From Archaeoglobaceae archaeon (GTDB lineage Archaea > Halobacteriota > Archaeoglobi > Archaeoglobales > Archaeoglobaceae): DNA of 64,000 nt. Positions 10,145 through 19,752 of this stretch are shown in pieces. Within the stretch, counting starts at the first letter, position 1, and each line of letters starts with the position of its first letter. The DNA lies in NCBI GenBank assembly GCA_015520485.1, contig WAPX01000053.1, positions 27,336 through 91,335 of the forward strand, given 5' to 3'. The translations under genes and the position numbers were made by a program. The notes below the pieces were generated by a model. It was not told where the DNA came from. It saw only the letters and a program-made list of their open reading frames with translations, and made no database searches.

Positions 10145-10216
10145 GGGCTCGTAGCTCAGGGGCAGAGCGCCGCCTTCGCAAGGCGGAGGCCGCGGGTTCA
10201 AATCCCGCCGAGTCCA
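10145..10216 (+). tRNA. tRNA-Ala (anticodon CGC)
   Basis: Folded by hand as a cloverleaf: acceptor GGGCTCG/CGAGTCC with a G3:U70 pair, anticodon loop TTCGCAA, T-arm GCGGG-TTCAAAT-CCCGC, discriminator A. CCA is not encoded. Confidence 0.93.
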
Positions 10217-10350
10217 CTGCTTTTATTTACGTGCTGTTTGCGTGCTGTCAGTTTAACGCACAGGTTATCCGGCTAATACGCCAGCAGAAGTGCATTAAAG
10301 ATGCGTTAAGGATCGAAAGGTTAGTGGATTAAAAATAAAAAGTTGCAAAA

Positions 10351-11139
10351 TCACGCATTCACCTCGCAGCGCCATATCCGGGCTATCCAGACTATTAGCA
10401 ATACGATAAGACAAGTTACGAGCAACACGATTGAATTGCCTGAGATCATACCCGCATTGTAGAGCAGAGCGAGCGTTACAGCAGTTGCAACGATAAACTG
10501 CACGCCCGTGAGAACTTTGAAGACCGCTTTTTGACTTCCCCTCGGATAGCGGACGAGCATCGGCTCCTTTAAAGACACTGCCGTAATCACCGGAACTATA
10601 GCCATAACAATCAGGGGAATTGCGAGAGCTCCGGAGAGCTTGCTGGCGTAACCGTTGGGTCTACCACTTGCACTGAAGTGTACAGCAACGGTATCCGGAA
10701 GTTTATTCCACAGAACCAAAGCGAGAATCAGGTAAACCACAACGGGAATTAACTGGATGAGCAGATACAGTTTTAAATCTGCTGGTTTTGCTTCTACCTT
10801 TTCCAGTCTCGCAGCACTTACAGGGGTTTTCATGTCTTCCCTTTCGTACGTTTCCTTTGCTATTCTGTAGCTCTGAACTGCGAGTACTGCAGCCAGAATC
10901 AGGATTATCGCGAGAAAGATAAGCTTGGAAGGGTGAAAGATTAAAGATACTGCGAGAAGGGTTAAACCGAGTACTATGCAGTAAATGCCGGCGAAGGCGT
11001 TCGCTTTCCTCCAAGCTTCCTCTGAAAGGTAAGTGTATCCGATCCTTATACCTATGTAGGGATTGGGGGTGTTTCTGAAAGCGTAGAGCAGTACACCCAC
11101 CAATATGGAAATGGCGGAAACAACAATCTGGTAATTCAT
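10351..11139 (-). CDS. SdpI/YhfL-family + DUF1648-like membrane protein
   Basis: The NPYIGIRIGYTYLSEEAWRKAN (SdpI-type) and VAVHFSASGRPNGYASK (DUF1648-type) motifs, with multiple TM helices. 4-nt overlap with the upstream PadR gene. Confidence 0.65.
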   Translation of the reverse strand: MNYQIVVSAISILVGVLLYAFRNTPNPYIGIRIGYTYLSEEAWRKANAFAGIYCIVLGLTLLAVSLIFHPSKLIFLAIILILAAVLAVQSYRIAKETYEREDMKTPVSAARLEKVEAKPADLKLYLLIQLIPVVVYLILALVLWNKLPDTVAVHFSASGRPNGYASKLSGALAIPLIVMAIVPVITAVSLKEPMLVRYPRGSQKAVFKVLTGVQFIVATAVTLALLYNAGMISGNSIVLLVTCLIVLLIVWIARIWRCEVNA

Positions 11140-11489
11140 TTCTCCACCTCCTCGAGGTTTTCAATTACTCCTTTCAGGAGAGTTATCTCCTCCTTCAACT
11201 CTTTCAGAACTTTCCTTCCCAGTTCCGTGAGCCTGTAGCACTTTCTCGGTCTTGCATCCATAACCCAGAAACCTTTTACCAGTCCCTGTTTCTGCAGGCT
11301 CTTCAGAATGTCGTACAGAGCACCCTCACTCGGAACGAACTTTCCGGATGTGAGACTTTCAAAGAGTTTTCTTATGGCGTATCCGTGCATTTCTCCCGAT
11401 TCAAGAATCTTCAATACTAAGTAAGAGTAGATTCCTGCTCTGATTTCCTTTCTGAGTTTTCTGAGTGCTTTATCTTTTCTGTTAACCAT
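11136..11489 (-). CDS. PadR family transcriptional regulator
   Basis: 117 aa. wHTH segment YLVLKILESGEMHGYAIRK...PSEGALYDILKSLQKQGLV is typical of PadR. Confidence 0.85.
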   Translation of the reverse strand: MVNRKDKALRKLRKEIRAGIYSYLVLKILESGEMHGYAIRKLFESLTSGKFVPSEGALYDILKSLQKQGLVKGFWVMDARPRKCYRLTELGRKVLKELKEEITLLKGVIENLEEVEK

Positions 11490-11606
11490 CCCGTACCTCC
11501 AGCCTCGATGCCTCGAACTTAGATGTATTTGCGCAACAAACCTTTAAAAGATTAGCGGTTTAAAGTGAAGACAGTAAAGATGTGCAGTAAAGAGGTGCTG
11601 GAAAGA

Positions 11607-11858
11607 ATGAAAATGAGAGCTACCGTCTGTGAGTTACAACAGGGGCTTTCTGGAAAAGAGGAATGATTCACTGAATGATTTAACCCGGCACGTTAGAGAT
11701 GAAAGAAGCGATCTGGTTGTTTTACCCGAAATGCCTGCCTATCCGTGGTTTGCCTCACTACCCCGGTTCAGCGAAGACGTCTGGCAGAAGCAGTAAAGGC
11801 TCACGATGAATTCGTCTCCATGTTCAGCAGCCTTCCAGCAGCGGTAATTTTTACATAG
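11607..11858 (+). pseudogene. fragmented N-terminal remnant of a carbon-nitrogen hydrolase (nitrilase superfamily)-like gene
   Basis: MKMRATVCELQ..., SDLVVLPEMPAYPWF and AVKAHDEFVSMFSSLPAAVIF lie in three different frames separated by stops. The remnant ends near the IS remnant. Confidence 0.4.
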
Positions 11859-12003
11859 ACCTGTTCAGAAGCTCGTTTTCCACTGGTAGTTTATGCTTCC
11901 GTAGTGAGAAACGAAGTAATTCACACTAAAGCCCAATGGCAAGCACAAGTCCAAGGATCAGGACAGCTACGATTGTTATAATAAGACCACTTTTAAGCTT
12001 TCC

Positions 12004-12470
12004 GGGGGTGTCAAGATAACCACTTATAGAAAGCCATAAAAACTAACCAGCTCTACATTCAAAAGAACTGTTAAGGAAACTCGTTCCAGAACCTGTTCGT
12101 TCTTTCTTTAAGCTTAAAGAAGAATCCCTCAACTGCATTTCTCTCACCAAACGTGTCTGTATCTCAAACCGAGCCTCTGTAAAGCCTGTACAAGATCTCC
12201 TATCAACAACCACTTCTGGCCTATTTTCGTGCTTAAGGGCTTCTCTCAAAACGTAAGCGTGGAAAGAACTACTTCCTTCTGAAGCCCATGGTTAAGTACT
12301 CCTTTATATCTACGCCTATAGCAGCCCATACAAAGATCTGTTTCTTCTCCAGCCTGATTTTTGTTTCATCTATCGCTATTAACCTTCTTTTCTTCTTTCC
12401 CGGTTGCTTTAAAGCTATGGGGTTTGTGGTAGTATAATTCTTACTGACATGGACTGATCTCCTCAAAAAG
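12004..12470 (-). mobile_element. decayed IS6-family-like insertion sequence remnant (broken transposase)
   Basis: Two out-of-frame ORF pieces: RLIAIDETKIRLEKKQIFVWAAIGVD (DDE region) and RPEVVVDRRSC...KKERTGS. An end-like sequence GGTGTCAAGATAACC lies at about 12006. Homologous at DNA level to 38137-38560. Confidence 0.6.
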
Positions 12471-12686
12471 AGATAGGAATTTACCCGTGGCCAACTGCTG
12501 GGATTTAAATTTATTTTTGAAGACGAAGACTATGAATTTAAACAATCTGCGTGGGAATATCGTTCTGCTAGGAATTACCGTTAGTGCGCTGGAGTGGATA
12601 TTTATTGAACACGTGGATGGCAATTTTGTCAGCAATAACACTGCAAGTTACGACAACGTTCGAAACATCCGATTCCTAAGTGCAGG

Positions 12687-13391
12687 CTAAAATGTAGCTT
12701 TCAGAATTGTGATAACAATACCGGCTGCTACGAGAAGTCTCGTGTCCATGCACATGTCCTCTATCTTCATCGTATACCTGAAATTTAGCATTTTTCTGTG
12801 CTGTCTGAATGTGCCCACGGCATTTCCATCCTGTGCCACTATTTTGTACGTTCTCGGCCAGATAATACTGTGCAAAAAGTATCGGGTGGACACAAGCCTG
12901 CCAGCCGTTTTTCCACCAGAAATTAGATCCCATTCATCTTTTACGAATATCAACCTGCTTCTCTGAACGACACTTCCAATTACCTCACCTGTTACTGCAT
13001 CGGTCACTGTATATTCTATGCGCGGCGGAATTATGAAGAAAATCAGGTTGAGAAGAAGCGAACGGTCTCCAAGATAGTAAAGAAGTTCTTTTCGACCCTT
13101 TGGCGAGCATAGCGTCAGAAGCTCCTCGGTTCGGTGCCTGCTCGTATAAACATGTATGGCTTTCCCATCCTTGTTCGTTCCCTCTCGCTCGGCGTAGAGA
13201 ACGGGATTGCCATCACCATCGAAAACTCCGACCGCTCCCGCGTACCTGTAGAAGATGTACTCGCTATGGTTGAAAGGGCCGCTTGCTGTCATGCCGGTAG
13301 ATCTGTTTTTTAGTGCATGTATAATTACTGCTGTCTGAATTGCTTTCATCTTTATAATGCCTTCGCAGTTTTCTGAAATCTTAAAATACAC
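12687..13391 (-). CDS. hypothetical protein, possibly scramblase/LURP-one (tubby-like fold) family
   Basis: 234 aa with a beta-rich repeat pattern. The C-terminal hydrophobic tail DTRLLVAAGIVITILKATF resembles scramblase family C-termini. Weak assignment. Confidence 0.35.
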   Translation of the reverse strand: MYFKISENCEGIIKMKAIQTAVIIHALKNRSTGMTASGPFNHSEYIFYRYAGAVGVFDGDGNPVLYAEREGTNKDGKAIHVYTSRHRTEELLTLCSPKGRKELLYYLGDRSLLLNLIFFIIPPRIEYTVTDAVTGEVIGSVVQRSRLIFVKDEWDLISGGKTAGRLVSTRYFLHSIIWPRTYKIVAQDGNAVGTFRQHRKMLNFRYTMKIEDMCMDTRLLVAAGIVITILKATF

Positions 13392-13669
13392 AGAATCTAG
13401 ATACTAAGATTTTACTTTTTCAATTTTTTGTCCGGCAAATACGGTTAAAATATTCTTCTCATAAGGATAAGAACATCTGGAAGTTTTCCCCTTTTCAGGA
13501 GCTCTTTTGAATGCGGAACTGGCTAAAAAGTTTTATAGATTTCCATAATCACCGGAAGTTGTTATCTTGGTTCTTTACTTCTTAGCAAAATCACCAAAAA
13601 CTCAAAACCTATCATTATCTATTCAAACCAGAAAAATTAAATTAAACAAGCAATAAACCTAAACATATC

Positions 13670-14359
13670 ATGGGAAACGCTGTAAAAATCGTACTACTGC
13701 TCATCACAGTAATTGCTGTTGGAACTCTCGTAATGCCACAGACAGCTTCGCTTTTCGCCGGACAGCACTGGTGGTACAACATAAGCGGTAACGGAAATCA
13801 GGTGCCGTGTCAGAAGTGCCACGCAGATGTGTACGAGGAACTAAAGTACAGCTATCATAAAAATCTGGGCTGTATATGTCATAGAGCAAACCTGAGCATA
13901 ACGTATGCTGAAGTTCAGGGAGGAAGTATAACGAACTACACTCCCGGAAAACAGGCTCATGCAGCAACAACAGTGGCATGCATGCTCTGCCACCAGATAA
14001 ACGCATCGCTCAACAGCTCGATGCCCGGCCCCTTCGCTGGAGCTTTTAACGTCACAGCCTTTGGTGCGACATCGAACTTCAGGTACTCCAACGCAACTTT
14101 TAACGGTTTATGTGCTGCGCACAACGCTTTCGTTGCTAATGCAATAAAGAACAACACGTTAAAGGACTCGACTGAAGCCTGCATAGCCTGTCACATGAAG
14201 GTCAACATCACCTTAAACTTCCATACCATGAGAGGAATAAATATAGTGACAAAGCACGTGATACTCGGATACTATGCTCTAACAGGTTTGAACGAATCCT
14301 ACATAAATGTTACATCTAACACATTCACGTATACAAACGTTACGGAGGTGAAACCTTGA
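13670..14359 (+). CDS. membrane-anchored multihaem c-type cytochrome (3 canonical CxxCH)
   Basis: N-terminal TM/signal helix. CQKCH, CMLCH and CIACH motifs, and about 12 N-x-S/T sequons in 229 aa. Confidence 0.85.
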   Translation: MGNAVKIVLLLITVIAVGTLVMPQTASLFAGQHWWYNISGNGNQVPCQKCHADVYEELKYSYHKNLGCICHRANLSITYAEVQGGSITNYTPGKQAHAATTVACMLCHQINASLNSSMPGPFAGAFNVTAFGATSNFRYSNATFNGLCAAHNAFVANAIKNNTLKDSTEACIACHMKVNITLNFHTMRGINIVTKHVILGYYALTGLNESYINVTSNTFTYTNVTEVKP

Positions 14360-15630
14360 CCTCCAAGATCTTGCCTGCAGTACTGATAGGAGTTGCCATA
14401 ACGGCGCTGTTTCTGCTGTACTCGCCACACTCTACATCACTCTTTGTGGGAGACCATACGATGTTCAACTTCTCCAACAACGCAACAACCGGGATAATAT
14501 ACGTTAACACCACGAGCGGTAAAACTGAGTACTGTAAGCTCTGCCACTACCACATCTGGGAGGAACTCTACTCTAACCCGAACGCACCTCACTACGACCT
14601 GAGCTGTGAAACCTGCCACAGGTTTAACGGTACCGGAGTTAAATTTGCTGTGATTAACACTTCAGCCCATCCCGGAATGCAGGCTCACGCTGCCTACGTT
14701 CCGAGCTGTCTGGACTGTCACGGAGGAAACGGAAGATATGTCAGGGATAGATTTGGAAAACTCGTTTACGCTCCTCCAGCAAAAGTGTTTAACGATACGA
14801 TTACCGTAAACCACCACAACGTCACTGTTATACCCTCCATTCCATACTTTGCTGCACACAAAGCCATGGTTGCTTACTTCGAGAAAGAAGGTGATGAAAA
14901 TCTTGCCTGCCTCATGTGTCACACAAACGTAACCAAGCACATGGTGTTCAGCTACCAGTACAACCTGAACTACACGCTGTACGATTGGATATTCACGTCA
15001 TTTGCACCAAACGGAACGAGGTACGCTAACATAACTGTAAACACTTCGGCGATTTTTAACGGAATGCACGAGTTTTTACCTGTAAAGGACATAAACTGCT
15101 CGTCCTGTCACAAGAACATATACCTCGGCCTTATAAACGGAACTCACGCTCCTATTTACTACGCTTGGAGATGGGGACCAGACAACTTGTGGAATAATCC
15201 GAGGTATCACGCTCTCGCAGAATACGGCTTAACTTTGAACACTTCATGGATTAACAACTCCTACTGCGACGAATGTCACAACCTGTACAGGTATGCAGAG
15301 GAAAATCCGACTGCAAATGCAACTTACGACCTGTATCCCGCTGCCATAGAGATAAATTCGACAAAAATCCACTGTGCGGAGAAAGTTTCCTGCCTCACGT
15401 GCCATGGCAGTGGTAAACCCTATGATCCATATCCTGTAACTGGTAATATAGGACACGAAGACATGCTAAACGAAACAGCCAACTACTCGAGAATGTACCA
15501 CGGTGACGTGTGCATGGGATGCCACGAAGCGGCAATACACGGCACTGCATCCTGTAGCAAGACATGTCATGCAGGATATGCCGGATTTGACATTCAGTCT
15601 GAGCCGAGTGGAGTGGATAGATGGATTTAA
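14356..15630 (+). CDS. multihaem c-type cytochrome (8 CxxCH + 1 Cx3CH)
   Basis: CKLCH, CETCH, CLDCH, CLMCH, CSSCH, CDECH, CLTCH and CMGCH, plus CSKTCH. N-terminal TM helix and about 20 N-x-S/T sequons in 424 aa. The TTG start overlaps the upstream stop. Confidence 0.9.
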   Translation: MTSKILPAVLIGVAITALFLLYSPHSTSLFVGDHTMFNFSNNATTGIIYVNTTSGKTEYCKLCHYHIWEELYSNPNAPHYDLSCETCHRFNGTGVKFAVINTSAHPGMQAHAAYVPSCLDCHGGNGRYVRDRFGKLVYAPPAKVFNDTITVNHHNVTVIPSIPYFAAHKAMVAYFEKEGDENLACLMCHTNVTKHMVFSYQYNLNYTLYDWIFTSFAPNGTRYANITVNTSAIFNGMHEFLPVKDINCSSCHKNIYLGLINGTHAPIYYAWRWGPDNLWNNPRYHALAEYGLTLNTSWINNSYCDECHNLYRYAEENPTANATYDLYPAAIEINSTKIHCAEKVSCLTCHGSGKPYDPYPVTGNIGHEDMLNETANYSRMYHGDVCMGCHEAAIHGTASCSKTCHAGYAGFDIQSEPSGVDRWI

Positions 15631-15660
15631 AATATACTAAAAATTTTAGGTTTTTCAAGA

Positions 15661-16332
15661 GTGGTGTACATGGCACATACCGGAATAAATGTAATAGAAA
15701 AAATAACCCACAACGTGTACCTGCTGAACATAGGGGACAGAAACGTGCTGACGACGAAAAGTCGTTACAGCCCGCATTACGGTGAGAGAAAGTTCGGAGA
15801 GTACAGGGAATGGATGCCGTCGAGGAGCAAACTCGCATCAATGCTTTTGAACTACAGAATCGATATTAAACCCGAGTGGAAATGCCTCTATCTCGGAGCT
15901 GCAAGTGGGACAACTGTAAGCCACCTCTCGGACATTTTAGACAGAGGAGTGATATACGCTGTAGAATACGCGGCCAAACCCTTTACGAAACTTATAGAGC
16001 TGGCTGAAGAGCGGAAGAACGTAATACCCCTGCTGAAAGACGCTTCGAAGGTTGAGTACTACTCAGGAATAGTCGAAAAGGTGGATTTTCTGTATCAGGA
16101 CGTTTCACAGCGAAATCAGGTGGAAATCTTCCTGAAAAACATAGAATTCTTCCTTAAAAGAAAGGGGGAAGCGGTGGTAATGGTGAAGGCAAGAAGCATA
16201 GACTCCACAGTGGAGCCGGAAAAAGTTTACAGAGACGTAATCAAACAGCTGGAAAAAGAGCTTAAAATTTTGAAATACGACGTTTTAAAACACCACAGAG
16301 ATCACATTTTCGTCCACTGCCTGAATATTTAA
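15661..16332 (+). CDS. flpA: fibrillarin-like rRNA/tRNA 2'-O-methyltransferase
   Basis: YGERKFGEYREWMPSRSKLASMLL and the SAM motif LYLGAASGTTVSHLSDI. The ATG at 15670 is a possible alternative start. Confidence 0.9.
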   Translation: MVYMAHTGINVIEKITHNVYLLNIGDRNVLTTKSRYSPHYGERKFGEYREWMPSRSKLASMLLNYRIDIKPEWKCLYLGAASGTTVSHLSDILDRGVIYAVEYAAKPFTKLIELAEERKNVIPLLKDASKVEYYSGIVEKVDFLYQDVSQRNQVEIFLKNIEFFLKRKGEAVVMVKARSIDSTVEPEKVYRDVIKQLEKELKILKYDVLKHHRDHIFVHCLNI

Positions 16333-16417
16333 ATAAATAATGTTTAAATAAATTTTGTAAAACATTTTAAAATATAAAACACAAAAGAATTTGCGAACTA
16401 AACCAGAATTAGTCCGG

Positions 16418-16636
16418 TTACTCCACAACTTCAGCAAAAGCGTACTTTCTAAGAACTCTCGTAACGCGGATGGTTACATCATCCCCAACACTGGTACCGG
16501 GGACGAATATAACAAATCCACCAATTCTCGCTATTCCGTCTCCACCGCTACCAAGTGCTTCAATTTTCACAGTCCTAACATCTCCGACCTCTACTGGAGG
16601 TCTTCTAACAAATTCTTCCAAATCTGGCACCTCCAA
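16418..16636 (-). CDS. TRAM domain protein
   Basis: 72 aa. VKIEALGSGGDGIARIGGFVIFVPGTSVGDDVTIRVTRV matches the TRAM beta-barrel pattern. Confidence 0.8.
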   Translation of the reverse strand: MEVPDLEEFVRRPPVEVGDVRTVKIEALGSGGDGIARIGGFVIFVPGTSVGDDVTIRVTRVLRKYAFAEVVE

Positions 16637-16742
16637 ATTTCAATTTCTTGAAGGTGTGAGGCAGACTATATAACCTTTTTGGATGATCACATTACAATTT
16701 AAAATTTATATTTAAAAGAACTAAAAACATGTAAAAAAATAA

Positions 16743-17288
16743 CTAATCTTCAACTTCCACAATCCTGTCTGGAGACGTTTCCTTTTTCAGAACGAGCTTG
16801 CCACCTCTAATCTCGTACTCAACGACGTACTCGTCTTCTCTTTCTTCTTCCGGAATTTCCGGACCGTTCACGAGTTTTTCTGTCGTTAGCAGCATTTCGT
16901 CCACGCTCTTGAAGGCAACGTCCATAAAGTTCGTGGTCTTCCAAGCACCCTTAGAGCAGGTGTCTCTGCAGAAGTGGCAGAATATGCACTTTGCGTAATC
17001 CACGCACGGGTAGTACTTTCCATTGGGCGCTTTCTTCATGTGTATTGCGTTGGCTGGACAGACAAATGCACACTGAAAGCAGCTAATGCACTTAGATATG
17101 TCGAATACGAGCATACCTCTAAAACCCTTCGGCCTTTTTCTGAGCTCTCTCGGGTACTGAACTGTCATCCTGCTCGGCTTTACAGCCTCTCTCAGTCCAA
17201 CCCCAAATGCGTCGAGGTGCAGCTTTATCGTTTCCAGAAAGTCAGGAGAGGGTGGCTTTATTTTCTTAACTCCAGCCATTACAACCAC
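16743..17288 (-). CDS. nuoI: complex I (Nuo/Fqo/Fpo) subunit I, 2x[4Fe-4S] ferredoxin
   Basis: CISCFQCAFVCP and CIFCHFCRDTC cluster motifs. Last gene of the operon. Confidence 0.88.
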   Translation of the reverse strand: MVVMAGVKKIKPPSPDFLETIKLHLDAFGVGLREAVKPSRMTVQYPRELRKRPKGFRGMLVFDISKCISCFQCAFVCPANAIHMKKAPNGKYYPCVDYAKCIFCHFCRDTCSKGAWKTTNFMDVAFKSVDEMLLTTEKLVNGPEIPEEEREDEYVVEYEIRGGKLVLKKETSPDRIVEVED

Positions 17289-18433
17289 CCCGCAATGTTA
17301 ATGACTCCAAGACCGAGGCTGATCCCAAGACTAACTACTGCAAAACCCATGAGTGTGCTCCATCCAATCTTCAGCGCCTGATCGAGTCTGTACCTTCCGT
17401 AGAAAGTTCTGAAGAACACGAAGATCATCATGAGTGCAAAAGTCTTCAAAAACAGCCAGAGCACTGGCGACAGGTCTCCGAGCGGTGGTATGAACGGTCC
17501 ATTCCACCCGCCGAGGAACAGTATGCTGAATAACAGGCAGAGCAGGTAGAGTTTCTCGTAAGCGATGGTCATGACCAACCCAAAGATGATGCCTGTATAC
17601 TCAACAAAAGGACCGAACACGACTTCCGGGTCGGCTTCAGGTATCTCAAACGGAAAACGGGATGTTGCCATTATTATTGCTATAAAGAATACAAGGGCAG
17701 CCACCGGGTTTAAAATTACTCCGGGAACTACGCTCTGCTCCCTGACTATTTCAATTGCATTTGCACTTCCGTATAGTATAACCATTGACATGGCTGCAAC
17801 TATCAGTATAATTTCATAGGAGAAATACATGAAAGCTTCTCTGAGAGATCCCACGTATGCGTACTTGCTGTTTGATGCCCAGCCTATCGCGACAATTATC
17901 ATAGGAATGAGTGAAATTAAAGCTATAGCAGCTGGAATCGAGTAAGGAGTGTTTATCGCGTATATGGCTCCAACAGGTATAACCAGTATCGGCAGCAGCA
18001 CGGGCAGGAACGTTAGCAGAGGAAACTGGAGGAAGTAGGGTCTGTGAGCCTCTCTGTGGGTTATAACTTCCTGAAAGAAGTATCGCATACCGTCAGCCAT
18101 TGGCTGTATCAATCCACCAATATCTCTTGATATTTCAAGAGGGCCATAACGCCACTGCACTCTTGCAGTAACCTTCCTTTCAAACCATATTATTGGCAGT
18201 AACGCTATCAGCATGCACACAAGCCCCGGAGCGAACAGAACAGCAAAGAACGGCTTCCAGAACAACAAAGCGACTATCAAATTAAGTATCGGTATCTTGG
18301 CGAATAGACTTGTTACCGGTGGTATGTATGCGACCTTTGTCGCTGTGTGGTACAGCACAACCTTCCTTGTTATTAACGGTATTCCAACAGAGTTCTGCCT
18401 GAACATTTCCAGAAGGGCGTTATAGGAAAGCAT
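17279..18433 (-). CDS. nuoH: complex I subunit H
   Basis: 384 aa, polytopic. ERKVTARVQWRYGP signature. Confidence 0.9.
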   Translation of the reverse strand: MLSYNALLEMFRQNSVGIPLITRKVVLYHTATKVAYIPPVTSLFAKIPILNLIVALLFWKPFFAVLFAPGLVCMLIALLPIIWFERKVTARVQWRYGPLEISRDIGGLIQPMADGMRYFFQEVITHREAHRPYFLQFPLLTFLPVLLPILVIPVGAIYAINTPYSIPAAIALISLIPMIIVAIGWASNSKYAYVGSLREAFMYFSYEIILIVAAMSMVILYGSANAIEIVREQSVVPGVILNPVAALVFFIAIIMATSRFPFEIPEADPEVVFGPFVEYTGIIFGLVMTIAYEKLYLLCLLFSILFLGGWNGPFIPPLGDLSPVLWLFLKTFALMMIFVFFRTFYGRYRLDQALKIGWSTLMGFAVVSLGISLGLGVINIAGWL

Positions 18434-18444
18434 TTTTAATCACC

Positions 18445-19737
18445 TCATCTATCCGCTTCAGGCGGGAAATACCCAAAGCTACCGTAAACAGCCTGCAAAT
18501 CCGCAAGTCTGCAGCCCTTCAGAGACTCCATAAAACCTTTGAGGTAGTACCATCCCGGAGTAACTATTCTTAACCTGTAGGGAACGTTGGACTTGCCGTC
18601 GCTTACTATGGTGTACAGCAGTGTTCCCCTTGCCGCCTCTGTAAGCGTCGTGTACTCACCTGCTGGAAGCGTTAGCCTTCCAAAAAGCCTGAAAAAGGCG
18701 CCGTTAACTGTGTCAAGACCTTTCTTTTCTTCGCCCTCTTTGGCCTTCTTCTTTCCAGCCACGTCAGCGCTCACTATGTTTCCCTGAGGCATATCTTTCA
18801 GAGTTTTGATACACTGATTTATTATGGATATACTCTGCTGTATCTCGTTCACTCTAACGAGGAAACGGGAGTAGGAATCCCCTTCATCAGCCACAACTAT
18901 ATCCCACGTCAACTCATCGTAGGCATCGTATGGTTCTACGGCTCTGACGTCGTACTCAACACCACACGCTCTCAGAAAAGGCCCCACAATACCGTACTTT
19001 ATGGCTTCTTTTTTGCTGAGAGCAGCAACATCCTTCAGTCTGGCAATCGTTACGGGATTTCTGACAAATATCCTCTCGAAATCCTTGGCCTTACGCTGTA
19101 TGTACGTCATTGCCTCGTATATGTAGTTTAAAGTACTGTTGTCCACATCTCTTCTGACACCTCCCGGAACCACGTAGGACGCCGTAATTCTTGCTCCAGC
19201 AACTCTCATCAGCGCCTCACACGTAAGCTCTCTCAGGGCAAAAGGCCACATGAAACCAGTGGTGTGTCCGAGAAATACAGACAGTATTCCTGCATCGTAG
19301 AAGTGTGTTCCTATTCTGCATATCTCCGCGAGCATAGTTCTTATGTACCTTGCTCTCTCCGGCACTTCGATATCCAAGGCCTGCTCTATTGCCCTGACGT
19401 AACCGAGACTGAAGTTCACGCAATCCATTATCGCCGGTCTCTCAACGAGTGGAATGTTCTGTACATAGAGTTTGTTTTCAGCTAATTTTTCTACGCCCCT
19501 GTGCACAAAGCCCGGATCAGGTATGACTTCCCTTATAACGTCACCGTGAACCCTAACTATTAGACGCATGTGACCGCTCCCGCCGTGCTGGGGGCCCACA
19601 AACAGAACTATCTCATCACCTTTCGTCGCCTTTTCATCCAGTCCCGGAGGGACGGGCAGCTCAAGGCTTTTTATTTCAGCGGGAGGTTTTACGGGTACGG
19701 GAAGCGAATATTCTTTCATTTCACTCACGCTTCTCAC
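18445..19737 (-). CDS. nuoD: complex I subunit D (49 kDa, NiFe-hydrogenase large subunit-like)
   Basis: GPQHGGSGHMRLIVRVHGDVI and the C-terminal GSFGYFPPEADR resemble NuoD/FpoD. Confidence 0.92.
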   Translation of the reverse strand: MRSVSEMKEYSLPVPVKPPAEIKSLELPVPPGLDEKATKGDEIVLFVGPQHGGSGHMRLIVRVHGDVIREVIPDPGFVHRGVEKLAENKLYVQNIPLVERPAIMDCVNFSLGYVRAIEQALDIEVPERARYIRTMLAEICRIGTHFYDAGILSVFLGHTTGFMWPFALRELTCEALMRVAGARITASYVVPGGVRRDVDNSTLNYIYEAMTYIQRKAKDFERIFVRNPVTIARLKDVAALSKKEAIKYGIVGPFLRACGVEYDVRAVEPYDAYDELTWDIVVADEGDSYSRFLVRVNEIQQSISIINQCIKTLKDMPQGNIVSADVAGKKKAKEGEEKKGLDTVNGAFFRLFGRLTLPAGEYTTLTEAARGTLLYTIVSDGKSNVPYRLRIVTPGWYYLKGFMESLKGCRLADLQAVYGSFGYFPPEADR

Positions 19738-19752
19738 CTCTTAAAAAATTAT

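Noticed and set aside
10217-10350. Short hairpin TGCGT-N12-ACGCA after tRNA-Ala
   Set aside because: It has only a 5-bp stem, which is not distinguishable from chance.
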